From a virus, in the IMG/VR virus record IMGVR_UViG_3300006183_000003: 16,465 nt of DNA, one strand, 5' to 3'. Below, one piece after another: positions 6,982 to 15,274 of the stretch (positions within the stretch are counted from its first letter, which is position 1; every line of letters begins with the position of its first letter). The notes beneath the pieces are model-generated. The model had not been told where the DNA came from, searched no databases, and saw only the letters and a program-made list of their open reading frames with translations. The position numbers were made by a program, and so were the translations under genes.

Positions 6982-8880
6982 ATGACCGACAACCTCATCC
7001 AGTTCGAGGCGGGCGACGTGCTCGCCAACCTCGAAGCGCGCACCATCTCCGGGCTCCTGCTCCCGTTCAACGAGGAGGGCCGCACCAACGTCGGCCGCTT
7101 CCAGGTGCAGGCGTCCGCCGTCGCGATCCCTGCCGACCCCGCCGTCGTGGGCCTGAACATCGGCCACGAGCGCTCGCACCCCGTCGGCCGCGCGGTGAAG
7201 CTCGAGCAGCGCAAGGGCGGCATCTTCGCCACCTTCCAGATCGCCAAGACCCCCGAGGGTGACCAGGCCCTCGCCGCCGCCCTCAACGGCACCCGCCGCA
7301 AGCTGTCCGCCGAGTTCGGGCCCGCGTTCATCAAGGCGGGCAAGCTCGTCGCCGGGCACGCCAAGCTCTGGGGCGCCGCCCTCGTCGAAGCCGGCGCGTT
7401 CCCGTCCGCGCAGGTCCTCGCCGCCGACACCCCCGACGAGGAGGTGCCCGCCTCCGACCCCTACACCTCACCCGAGGCATCCAGCTCCTCGCAGTACGTG
7501 ACCGAGTTCACCGACACCGACGGCGTCAAGTGGCGCCGCATCGAGGAGAACACCTCCACGACCACCATCGAGAAGGTGACCGAGACCCCCGAGTCCGCCC
7601 CGGACGAGGAGACCCCCAACGAAAGTGAGACCGAAGTGACCGCATCCGCCGCCGGGGTTCAGACGCCGGCCATCCCCCAGACCGTGCTCGCCTCCGCCCC
7701 CCAGACGCCCGCGACCACGACCCCCCGCCCCGTCGACCTGCGGCAGGTGTTCGCGTCGATCGCCGCCGTGAAGGCCGACCCCGGCGACCAGGAGAACACC
7801 CAGGTCCTCGCCGCGCTCACCGACATCAAGATCAGCGGCGCGAACGCCCTCCCGACCACCGACGTCCTGCGCCCCAACTGGGTCGGCCAGATGTACGACG
7901 GCATCCCCTACGAGCGCGAGTACATCAACCTCGGCAACCTCGGCACCGACATCTCCGCCGCCGGCAAGAAGGGCTTCAAGGTCAAGCGCGGCACCACCGG
8001 CTCCCCGATCCCCTCGCCCGCCGGCATCCCCAACGGCGGCGACTGGGCCGGCAACAAGACCGAGATCAACTCGTACAACGGGTTCACGCAGACCGCGGTC
8101 TCGGCCCTGCGGCGCTTCGCGGTCGGCCACGACATCGCCCGCGAGTTCTACGACCTCCCCGGCGGCGCCGAGGTCGTCGAGGCGTTCCTCAAGCTCGTGC
8201 TCGAGGACCACCTGTACTGGTCGGACATGTGGGCCCTGTTCGACCTGCAGTCCGCCGCCGGCATCCCCATCGCCGCGGGCACCTACCCGACCGACTACCC
8301 CGCCGCCCTCGGGCAGCTCATCCAGGGCATCCTCGCCGTCAAGGCCCGCAAGGCCGACGGCCGCCGCGACGTCCCCACCTTCGCGATCGCCAACGACGAG
8401 GCCTACGCGCAGCTCGTCTACGCTGCCGGCGGCGAGCAGCACCTGCCCGCGTTCGTGAAGATCGCGATCTCGACCAACTCCTCCGGCACGGTCGACGGCG
8501 ACATCCAGGTCGTGCAGGGCGACACCGGCATCACCGGCAGCCCCTCGGTCATCGTCGGCGCCAAGCGCGCCGTCGAGTTCGACGAGCTCGCCGGCGGTCC
8601 GCTCATCGTCAACGCCCTCGAGCTCGCCAAGGGCGGCATCGACCGCGCCGTGCACGGCTACCTCCAGACGTTCCCCGTCCGCGACGAGGCCGTGGTCATC
8701 ATCGGCACCGCCCCGAACCGTGCCAACTCCACCGCCTACGACCGCGGCGACCTCCTCAAGCGCGGCAGCAACACCTACCGCGTCGTCGTCGCCGGCACCA
8801 CCGCCGGGTCCGCCCCGACCGAGCCCGCCGCCGGCGAGACCGTCGGGGACGGCACCGCGACCCTGCTCCGCCTCGCGTGA
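6982..8880 (+). CDS. Prohead protease (HK97 S78/U35-type) fused to HK97-fold major capsid protein
   Basis: 632 aa, with RBS GGAGGA at 6969-6974. Residues ~1-150 carry protease landmarks (ISGLLLPFNEEG, NIGHERSHPVG, KLSAEFGP, LWGAALVEAGAFPSA). Residues ~150-265 form an acidic/Thr/Pro linker. Residues ~270-575 are capsid-like. A ~57-aa tail follows. Confidence 0.8.
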   Translation: MTDNLIQFEAGDVLANLEARTISGLLLPFNEEGRTNVGRFQVQASAVAIPADPAVVGLNIGHERSHPVGRAVKLEQRKGGIFATFQIAKTPEGDQALAAALNGTRRKLSAEFGPAFIKAGKLVAGHAKLWGAALVEAGAFPSAQVLAADTPDEEVPASDPYTSPEASSSSQYVTEFTDTDGVKWRRIEENTSTTTIEKVTETPESAPDEETPNESETEVTASAAGVQTPAIPQTVLASAPQTPATTTPRPVDLRQVFASIAAVKADPGDQENTQVLAALTDIKISGANALPTTDVLRPNWVGQMYDGIPYEREYINLGNLGTDISAAGKKGFKVKRGTTGSPIPSPAGIPNGGDWAGNKTEINSYNGFTQTAVSALRRFAVGHDIAREFYDLPGGAEVVEAFLKLVLEDHLYWSDMWALFDLQSAAGIPIAAGTYPTDYPAALGQLIQGILAVKARKADGRRDVPTFAIANDEAYAQLVYAAGGEQHLPAFVKIAISTNSSGTVDGDIQVVQGDTGITGSPSVIVGAKRAVEFDELAGGPLIVNALELAKGGIDRAVHGYLQTFPVRDEAVVIIGTAPNRANSTAYDRGDLLKRGSNTYRVVVAGTTAGSAPTEPAAGETVGDGTATLLRLA

Positions 8881-8897
8881 CCCCGAGGGCGTAGGCG

Positions 8898-9290
8898 ATG
8901 ACCACCTGGTTCACGACCACCGACGAGGAGGCGCTCGCGAGGCTCCTCGTCGAGTGGCCGGACGCGCCCGAGGAGCGGCCCGAGACGCTCGGGTTCCTCC
9001 TCGACACGGCGCGCACCCAGGTCATCGCCTACGCCCAGGGTCTCCCCGATGACGCTGTCCTCGCCGACTACAAACTGCTCGACGAGGACGGCGAGGAGGT
9101 CACCGACGTTCCCCCGCGGCTCGTGTACGTGCAGCTCCGGCAGGCGATGGTCATCTGGGACTCGATGAGCAGCAACGGCGACGGCGGCGACTACGGCCCG
9201 GATGGCTTCGCGTTCTCCTCGCCGCCCGCGACGCTCGCGAAGCCGCTGCAACTCATCATCCGCCCCAAGGGGGTGCCCAGTGTCGTCTGA
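8898..9290 (+). CDS. Head-to-tail adaptor/connector protein
   Basis: 130 aa, directly after the capsid gene. The N-terminus TTDEEALARLLVEWPD...LLDTARTQVIAYA and the overall pattern resemble gp6-like head-tail connectors. Confidence 0.55.
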   Translation: MTTWFTTTDEEALARLLVEWPDAPEERPETLGFLLDTARTQVIAYAQGLPDDAVLADYKLLDEDGEEVTDVPPRLVYVQLRQAMVIWDSMSSNGDGGDYGPDGFAFSSPPATLAKPLQLIIRPKGVPSVV

Positions 9291-9714
9291 GCCGCACCTG
9301 GACTCCGTCCGCGCCGCGGTGCGCGGCTGGCTGCTCCCGCTGCTCCCGTCCGGCTGGGACATCAAGCCCGGCCTCTACACGCCCACGACCCTCGCCAAGC
9401 CCACCCTGTTCCTCGAGTACAGCGCAATCGAGCCTCTCCCCGAGGCCCCGCTCGGGCACGTCCGCTGCTCGTTCGAGCTGACCCTCACCACCGAGCTCAC
9501 CGACCCGGCCAAGGGGGAGGAGTGGGTGGACCCCGCCGTCGTGGATCTCGTGCTCGCGATCGACGCGCACCCTCAGCTCGCATGGTCCCGCGCCGAGAAG
9601 AGGGTCATCAAGGACACCTACCTCGCGTGGACCCTCACCGTGTCCGTCCTCGCGAACACCACCCCCACCCCGCCCACCGACCCGGACCCCGCTCCGGACG
9701 ACCCCGAGGAGTAA
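9280..9714 (+). CDS. Neck/head-tail joining protein (positional call)
   Basis: GTG 9280 has RBS AAGGGGG at 9268-9274 and is in frame with the tail of track ORF 9202..9714, whose first part is off-frame. 144 aa, with a Pro/Asp/Thr-rich C-terminus. Confidence 0.45.
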   Translation: MSSEPHLDSVRAAVRGWLLPLLPSGWDIKPGLYTPTTLAKPTLFLEYSAIEPLPEAPLGHVRCSFELTLTTELTDPAKGEEWVDPAVVDLVLAIDAHPQLAWSRAEKRVIKDTYLAWTLTVSVLANTTPTPPTDPDPAPDDPEE

Positions 9715-9717
9715 CCC

Positions 9718-10119
9718 ATGGCCACCGTGCCTCTCGTCCCGTTCAACGCGCTCGTCGGCTTCTCGGTCGGCTCCGACGAGTTCACCCCCGCGACCGCCGA
9801 GGCCCGCTTCCAGGCCACCGCAGGCGCGTCCAGCGAGTTCGTCGACATCACCGGCAAGATCACCAAGTTCGCCGGCCAGTCCGGGTACGACCTCGTCCTC
9901 AACTACGCGCAGGATTGGGAGACCGCCAACTCGCTCGCCCACTTCCTCCTCCAGCACAACGGCGACGAGGCGACCGTGACGCTCGAGGTTCCCGGCGGCA
10001 CGTTCACCGCGACGGTGACCTGCTCCTCCGGCGACATCGGCGGCACCGGCAACCAGGTCGCCACCGGCTCGGTCACCCTGCCGGTCAAGACCGGCCCCAC
10101 CTGGGCCGCGGAGGCGTAG
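9718..10119 (+). CDS. Major tail (tube) protein candidate
   Basis: 133 aa and beta-rich (TVTLEVPGGTFTATVTCSSGDIGGTGNQVATGSVTLPVKTGPTW). Size and position fit small siphovirus or GTA-like tube proteins. Confidence 0.5.
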   Translation: MATVPLVPFNALVGFSVGSDEFTPATAEARFQATAGASSEFVDITGKITKFAGQSGYDLVLNYAQDWETANSLAHFLLQHNGDEATVTLEVPGGTFTATVTCSSGDIGGTGNQVATGSVTLPVKTGPTWAAEA

Positions 10120-10122
10120 ACC

Positions 10123-10623
10123 ATGGCGGGCAGTGGGCGTATCTCGCTGCTCGTCGACTCCCCGCTCCGTGACCTCGCATTCGCCATGCGCGAGCTGGAC
10201 ACGGAGGTGAAGCGGCAGATCGGCGCAGCGACCAAGCAAGCCGCGTCTCCGATCTGGCTCGAGTCGATGCGCGGCCACGCGACCAACCGGATGCAGGTCC
10301 GTCTCGCGGACTCCGCGCAGGTCGGTGTCACCACGCAGAACGTGTTCCTGCGCGCCGGAGCTGTCGGGAAACTGTCCTCCGGCACCCCGATCAGCGTCGT
10401 CGCGAAACCGATCGAATTCGGCGCCAACCCGAACCGCATCGTGACCGTCACCACCCGCAAGGGCACCACCTACAAGCGTCGCCTCGGCACCCGCTACCGC
10501 CTGCCCCGACGCGGCGGGTACGTCGCCTACCCTGCCGCCGGGGACAGCATCCCCCGGTTCGCGTCCCTCTGGGTGCAGACCGCCATCCGCACCATCCACG
10601 AGACCGTGGAAAGGGTCGCCTGA
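10123..10623 (+). CDS. HK97 gp10-like head-tail/tail-completion protein
   Basis: 166 aa. LRDLAFAMRELDTEVKRQIGAATKQAA..., PIEFGANPN and the C-terminal YPAAGDSIPRF resemble the HK97-gp10-like family layout. It occupies the slot where tail chaperones usually lie. Confidence 0.5.
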   Translation: MAGSGRISLLVDSPLRDLAFAMRELDTEVKRQIGAATKQAASPIWLESMRGHATNRMQVRLADSAQVGVTTQNVFLRAGAVGKLSSGTPISVVAKPIEFGANPNRIVTVTTRKGTTYKRRLGTRYRLPRRGGYVAYPAAGDSIPRFASLWVQTAIRTIHETVERVA

Positions 10624-11717
10624 TGGCCAAGCCCCCCATCGAGATCGGCATCTCTTCCGAGACCAAGGCATTCAAACAGGGCGTCGAGGGCGGCATCATC
10701 AAGCCCCTCGAGGACGCATCCGACAAGCTCGACGACCTCGGCAAGAGCAAGGGACCCGACCAGCTCGAGCGCGAGCTCGTCGAAGCGCAGAAGGCCACCA
10801 AGCAACTCGGCCGCGAGGTCGACCGCACCGCTGACGACATCGAACGCGACTTCCGCGACAGCTACCGCTCCGCCGAGCGCTCCGCCGACGACTTCCACGG
10901 CACCGCGACCGAGAATGTGCAGGGCTTCAAGGACGAAGCAATCCAGAACTTTTCCGAAGTCGCATCCAGCTTCGACGGCGATATGCAGTCGATGGCGGAC
11001 GGCGTGCAGGGCCTCACGGGTGGGCTCGCTTCCTCCCTCACCCCGGGTGTCGGCATCCCCATCGCGATCATCGGCGCGATCGCCGGCGCATGGTTGCAGT
11101 CATGGGCCGAAACCACGGAGGAGGCAAAGCAGCGCGTCTCCGACATGTATCAGGACATGATCGAGTCGGGGCAGGCGTTCCTCTCGGAGGACTTCGTCAC
11201 GAAGGCTCTCGCCGACATCATCGACGACGACGGCAAGCTCGCAAAGGCGCGCGAGGACTCCAAAAAGTTCGGCCTCGACATGCAGACCATCCTTCGCGCG
11301 CAGGCTGGCGACCAAGCGGCCATCAACATCGTCATCGAACAAGGTCGCAAGCTCCGTGAGGAAGAGGTCGCCGCCGCCTACTCATCGGGTCAGGCCTACG
11401 ACGTCATGAAGACGAAAGCCGATGAGGTCAACCTTCAGTGGGATCGGGCTCTCGGCACCTACACCGATGTGAACAGCGAGATTCAGAAGTCCGTCGACAA
11501 GGTCAACCTCTACCGCGAGGCCACCGACAAAGCTGCCTCAGCTGACCAAAAGCGGTGGGAGGCCCTCGGCCGCGCCCTCGCCGGCACACCGACCCAGATC
11601 GTCGTGGACGTCGACACCTCCGCCGCGGAGAAGAAGATCGGCGACTTCCTGCGCATCCCGCGGAAGGTGGGCATCGAGACGATCTTCGAGACCCGGAACG
11701 GGAGCAAGGTCCCGTGA
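10623..11717 (+). CDS. Tape measure protein (unusually short, 364 aa)
   Basis: The protein is highly helical and acidic, with a central Gly-rich hydrophobic segment (GGLASSLTPGVGIPIAIIGAIAGAWLQSW). It lies between the tube and minor tail genes, and TGATG overlaps the upstream stop. Confidence 0.6.
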   Translation: MAKPPIEIGISSETKAFKQGVEGGIIKPLEDASDKLDDLGKSKGPDQLERELVEAQKATKQLGREVDRTADDIERDFRDSYRSAERSADDFHGTATENVQGFKDEAIQNFSEVASSFDGDMQSMADGVQGLTGGLASSLTPGVGIPIAIIGAIAGAWLQSWAETTEEAKQRVSDMYQDMIESGQAFLSEDFVTKALADIIDDDGKLAKAREDSKKFGLDMQTILRAQAGDQAAINIVIEQGRKLREEEVAAAYSSGQAYDVMKTKADEVNLQWDRALGTYTDVNSEIQKSVDKVNLYREATDKAASADQKRWEALGRALAGTPTQIVVDVDTSAAEKKIGDFLRIPRKVGIETIFETRNGSKVP

Positions 11718-12064
11718 GCACGATCACTGACGGCGTCACCACAATCACCGTTCCGATCCTCGACGGGTTCGAAGGGTCCGCGCCCGCACGCACGCTGGTG
11801 CGGACCTCACTCAGTGGCGAAGAGTCGGTGACGCTCCGTCCGGCTGGGCCGCGGTCAGGCGTGCTGTCGTGCGTGATGGCCGCCGAGGATGATGCGCTGT
11901 CGCTACACGCCATGGCGCGTTCCGCGTCCGTGCTCAATCTCGCGACCTCACTCCCGGCCAGCGTGGATATGGCCTTCGTGATGTCCGGCGGCGACGTGTC
12001 GATAGCACTCGATGCGACTCGTGCGGCGTGGGTCGTGTCGATCCCGTTCGTGGAGGTGTCGTGA
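11714..12064 (+). CDS. Minor tail protein (116 aa, positional)
   Basis: GTG 11714 forms a GTGA overlap with the tape measure stop. It is in frame with the tail of track ORF 11555..12064. Translation begins VSTITDGVTTITVPILDGFEG... Confidence 0.5.
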   Translation: MSTITDGVTTITVPILDGFEGSAPARTLVRTSLSGEESVTLRPAGPRSGVLSCVMAAEDDALSLHAMARSASVLNLATSLPASVDMAFVMSGGDVSIALDATRAAWVVSIPFVEVS

Positions 12065-13278
12065 TGGCGGTGGTCGACCAGCAGGACATCCAGCTGTCCG
12101 TCGATGGTGAGCCGCTAACGCACGTGCTAGGCGAGGGCGACTTCCTCACGATGGATCGCCGGTGGACACCGTACATCCAGGGACGGTTCACCGTGGAGGC
12201 GCCGGTAGATCCCACCGTGCTGGATCCCCGCACCCGGCCGATGCTCGATGTCGTCCTCACCCAGCGGTTCGGGTCGGGTGTGCAGCTCACCTCAGACCTG
12301 ACCGCGCTGTGGGCGGGTCAGCTCACCTCAGACCTGACCGCGCTGTGGGCGGGTCAGCTCACCTCCGCCATTTCCGCCTACGAGCGGGGCTGGTACGGGG
12401 ATGAGATCCCCGCCACAGCGATGCAGGTGACCGTTCTCGTGCGGCGGTGGAGAGACAACTTCGACGGGACGCACACCCTCACCGTCGAGGGCATCGAGTC
12501 AATGCTGCGGGATTACCCGCTTCCGAACCTCGGGGACTTCAATGTGCTCGGGTTCACCGCAGCCACGGCCCGCGGCCTCTATAAGGTGGCGCTGGCGCAC
12601 TGGCAGCTCCTCTTCCTCGGCACCCCGGTCCTCCCGCTGTCGGCTGGCCCCGGTGATGTTGCTATCCCGCCCGGTCAGCTCACCGACACCCCCGATGCCA
12701 CCTTCGCTCCGGTCGCCGATAAGGCCACCCTCTACACGCTTCTCCAGCCCTATCTGCTCATCGGCAACCTGCGACTCTGGGGCGACGAATGGGGGCGGCT
12801 GCAACTCACCCCTGTCGATGAACCGACCCTCGACACGATCGTGCTCGACGCGCCGAAGATCATGGACGGCGCTCCCGAAGTCAACATCGACGATGACCTG
12901 TGGGCCGATGCTGTCGCGATCGAGTTCGACGAATCGCCGATCTCTGCCGCCCGCCCGCGCCTGTTCTACTACCAGTCGACGTCCGATCCGGCCACGAAGA
13001 TCCTGCGCTGGAAGATCGACGCCCCGTCACCGTTCATCGCCTCCAACCTCGACACCCTCGGCCCGCAGATCGCCGTCCCCGTGCTCGAGCGGTTGCTGCG
13101 GCGAGGCCGCGTCGTCCCCGTCTCGGCCGTGAACAACTTCGCCGCCCGGCCCGGCATGACCCTCGTACTCGAGGGGATGCCGGACGTGCCCGATCAAACA
13201 GGGACGATCGCCGCCATCACATGGCAGATCGATGACGCCGAGATGACCATCACCGCCGACAATCTGGAGGAGCTATGA
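12061..13278 (+). CDS. Minor tail protein (405 aa) containing an in-frame perfect tandem duplication
   Basis: GTG 12061 forms a GTGA overlap (track start 12028 is in frame). The gene lies after the tape measure and the small tail protein. It contains QLTSDLTALWAG x2 followed by QLTS. Confidence 0.6.
   Translation: MMAVVDQQDIQLSVDGEPLTHVLGEGDFLTMDRRWTPYIQGRFTVEAPVDPTVLDPRTRPMLDVVLTQRFGSGVQLTSDLTALWAGQLTSDLTALWAGQLTSAISAYERGWYGDEIPATAMQVTVLVRRWRDNFDGTHTLTVEGIESMLRDYPLPNLGDFNVLGFTAATARGLYKVALAHWQLLFLGTPVLPLSAGPGDVAIPPGQLTDTPDATFAPVADKATLYTLLQPYLLIGNLRLWGDEWGRLQLTPVDEPTLDTIVLDAPKIMDGAPEVNIDDDLWADAVAIEFDESPISAARPRLFYYQSTSDPATKILRWKIDAPSPFIASNLDTLGPQIAVPVLERLLRRGRVVPVSAVNNFAARPGMTLVLEGMPDVPDQTGTIAAITWQIDDAEMTITADNLEEL
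12283..12365 (+). repeat. Perfect 36-bp tandem repeat, 2.3 copies
   Basis: CAGCTCACCTCAGACCTGACCGCGCTGTGGGCGGGT occurs at 12283-12318 and 12319-12354, followed by a partial copy CAGCTCACCTC at 12355-12365. Confidence 0.95.
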
Positions 13279-13928
13279 GCCTCAGCAGCCCGGACGGCAA
13301 CGGCCTTGGCCGATACGCCGAATCCACGCCCATCGGCACCAAGTTCAGCGACTACCTGAACCTCGCCCTCACCGCCGTGTCGCGGCTCTTCGGCCGACCG
13401 ATGCAGTTCGCCAACTCGACCGCCCAGAATGCGCACACGGGGATGCAACTCGGCGACAAGGCGCTCCGGCAGGACACCGGCATCCTCATGCGTTACGACG
13501 GCACCGCGTGGAAGGAATGGGAGTCCGGGTGGTTCACCTTCTCCTCCGTGCTCTCCTTCACGGTCGGCACCGGAGGCAGCAGCAGCGTGAAGTACCGGTA
13601 CGTCAACGGCGACATGGAGATCAAGTTCAAGTTCAAGTTCGGTTCGAGCCCGACCTTCACCGCGTTCGTGTTCACCGTCCCACTCCTCGAACTGCCAGAG
13701 CCGAACGAGGAATACGGGCAGGGCTGGCTGCTCGACTCGGGCACAGCAACCGCTCGGTCGATCATCCGCGCCAACGGCACCCTCAACAACTCCGTCCAGA
13801 TCCTCACCCACACCACAGGCGCATCCTCCGGAGCACCGACCGCGACCGCCACCATCACCGCGACCGCCCCGTGGACATGGGCCAACGGAGATGTCGCCGC
13901 GGGACGATTCATGCGGAGCCCCGCATGA
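13275..13928 (+). CDS. Minor tail protein / receptor-binding candidate (217 aa)
   Basis: There is an ATGA overlap upstream. FANSTAQNAHTGMQLGDKALRQDTGILMRYDGTAWKEW resembles the conserved N-terminal motif of actinophage tail-fibre-like proteins. The C-terminal half is beta-rich. Confidence 0.5.
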   Translation: MSLSSPDGNGLGRYAESTPIGTKFSDYLNLALTAVSRLFGRPMQFANSTAQNAHTGMQLGDKALRQDTGILMRYDGTAWKEWESGWFTFSSVLSFTVGTGGSSSVKYRYVNGDMEIKFKFKFGSSPTFTAFVFTVPLLELPEPNEEYGQGWLLDSGTATARSIIRANGTLNNSVQILTHTTGASSGAPTATATITATAPWTWANGDVAAGRFMRSPA

Positions 13929-14548
13929 GCGCCAACGGTCAACTCCGAGACGACGAGCTCGCCTACATCGACGAGCACACCCGTCTCGCCGTCGCACCCG
14001 CACGTGCATGGGCGGCCGCGAAAGCCGCCGCCGCCCGCGACGAGGTCGAGCTACGAGCAACCCCGTCGACCATCTGCCCAGGGATCGCCGGTTACCGCGA
14101 TCTCGACATGCAGGACTGGCTCATCGCGCACCCGACCGGTCCCGCCCCGATTGCATCCCGCGGCGCATCCACCCACGGCTACGGCACCGTCGTCGACGTC
14201 GACCGGGGGCTCACCTGGATGCGCAAGCACCCCGAGTACGGGTTCGTGTTCGACACCATCCGCGGCGAGCCCTGGCACGTCCTCATCCGCCCGCCCGCAT
14301 GGGCAAGCACCGGCACGACCCCGATCACCACCCCAGAGGAAGAGGAAGAAATGCCCTTCATTCTCATGTCCACAGGCCGCGGCAAGTGGCTCATCAACGC
14401 CACAAACGCCCACCACCTCACCCCCGAGGAGGATCGGCAGATCATAGATCTCGCCGCCTCGGGCATCGGCCCCTACCCGGTCAAGGACTGCGGCACCAAC
14501 GATCGCGCCTTCGACCTCATCAAGACCGCCCACACCCAGCCATCGTGA
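13925..14548 (+). CDS. Endolysin: M15 (VanY-like) zinc peptidase domain plus C-terminal domain of unknown function
   Basis: ATG 13925 forms an ATGA overlap and is in frame with the tail of track ORF 13508..14548. SRGASTHGYGTVVDVD (H-x6-D) and GEPWHV are M15 metallopeptidase motifs. A poly-Glu linker (PEEEEEM) separates these from a ~70-aa C-terminal module. Confidence 0.75.
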   Translation: MSANGQLRDDELAYIDEHTRLAVAPARAWAAAKAAAARDEVELRATPSTICPGIAGYRDLDMQDWLIAHPTGPAPIASRGASTHGYGTVVDVDRGLTWMRKHPEYGFVFDTIRGEPWHVLIRPPAWASTGTTPITTPEEEEEMPFILMSTGRGKWLINATNAHHLTPEEDRQIIDLAASGIGPYPVKDCGTNDRAFDLIKTAHTQPS

Positions 14549-14856
14549 TCGAACTCCTCGGCGCGTCGATCGGCGGCGCGAGCCTCGTGCTCGCCGCCGT
14601 GCTTCCCGTGCTGCTCTCCACCCGCAAGCGCGCGGGTACGGCAGCCGAGCACGCGCGTACCGCCGCCGAGCAGACCACCAACTCCCACGAATCCAACCTC
14701 CGCGACGACCTCGACGAGAAGCACAGCGAGAACGCCGGCCGCATCGGGAAGCTCGAGCGACGCCTCGGCGGCGTCGAGCGCGGTGTGCGACGCATCGAGG
14801 AACACCTCGCCATCGAACAGACCATGCCCGCCCCACCTAGAAGGAAGAGACCATGA
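14545..14856 (+). CDS. Membrane-anchored coiled-coil protein (lysis accessory or holin-like)
   Basis: GTG 14545 forms a GTGA overlap with the endolysin stop. VIELLGASIGGASLVLAAVLPVLLSTRKR provides an N-terminal TM helix, followed by a charged helical segment. It is in frame with the tail of track ORF 13891..14856. Confidence 0.55.
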   Translation: MIELLGASIGGASLVLAAVLPVLLSTRKRAGTAAEHARTAAEQTTNSHESNLRDDLDEKHSENAGRIGKLERRLGGVERGVRRIEEHLAIEQTMPAPPRRKRP

Positions 14857-15074
14857 CCCACACGGCTCCCACCACCGGCAAGACCACCGCTGCCAAGGCG
14901 ATCGTCGGCGCCACCATCGGCGCAGCCATCGCCGGACTGAGCAGCCTCGCGATCGCCCTCGACGACGCCGCCGTGAGCGCCCAAGAAGGCATCTACGTCG
15001 CCATCGCCACCCTCACCGCCCTCGGCGGCGTCTACGGAGGCGTCTACGCCACCACCAACAAACCCAAGCCCTAG
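14853..15074 (+). CDS. Holin candidate (73 aa, two TM helices)
   Basis: There is an ATGA overlap upstream. AIVGATIGAAIAGLSSLAIAL and IYVAIATLTALGGVYGGVYA are hydrophobic segments. The gene is adjacent to the endolysin. Confidence 0.55.
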   Translation: MTHTAPTTGKTTAAKAIVGATIGAAIAGLSSLAIALDDAAVSAQEGIYVAIATLTALGGVYGGVYATTNKPKP

Positions 15075-15241
15075 TCCTGGTCGAACCAGGCTCGGCCCGC
15101 CGGCGGCTGTGCGACGGTCGTGGGTGCGGGCCGCCGGGAATCTCTGATCGCGTGCAGGACGGCGAACCGGATGACGAAGTAGAGCACGACCAGGCTCACA
15201 GCCCAGCCGAGGAGCAGAAGCATGATCGAGACGATGTCCAT
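15071..15241 (-). CDS. Small membrane protein (56 aa), moron candidate
   Basis: This ORF is not in the ORF track. The reverse strand from ATG at 15241-15239 reads MDIVSIMLLLLGWAVSLVVLYFVIRFAVLHAIRDSRRPAPTTVAQPPAGRAWFDQD, with its stop at 15073-15071. It has one TM helix and high GC3. It converges on the holin gene with a CTAG stop/stop overlap. Confidence 0.45.
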   Translation of the reverse strand: MDIVSIMLLLLGWAVSLVVLYFVIRFAVLHAIRDSRRPAPTTVAQPPAGRAWFDQD

Positions 15242-15274
15242 GGCGGCCAGGGTACTCCGGGAGCCCCTAGCATT

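Noticed and set aside
10366-10372. GGGAAAC heptamer in the gene preceding the tape measure, as a possible -1 tail-chaperone frameshift site
   Set aside because: In the coding frame it is phased GGG-AAA-C, not G-GGA-AAC. The -1 frame is open all the way into the tape measure frame, but it encodes Arg/His/Pro-rich off-frame-like sequence (TVLRHPDQRRRETDRIRRQ...), which is typical of GC-rich DNA rather than of a chaperone extension.
15075-15132. Short inverted repeats after the holin gene (CCTGGT-CGA-ACCAGG at 15075-15089; CGGCCCGC/GCGGGCCG at about 15092-15132) as a bidirectional terminator
   Set aside because: The stems are short or have long loops, there is no U-tract, and both lie inside the candidate reverse-strand ORF. 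This is not enough to call a terminator.
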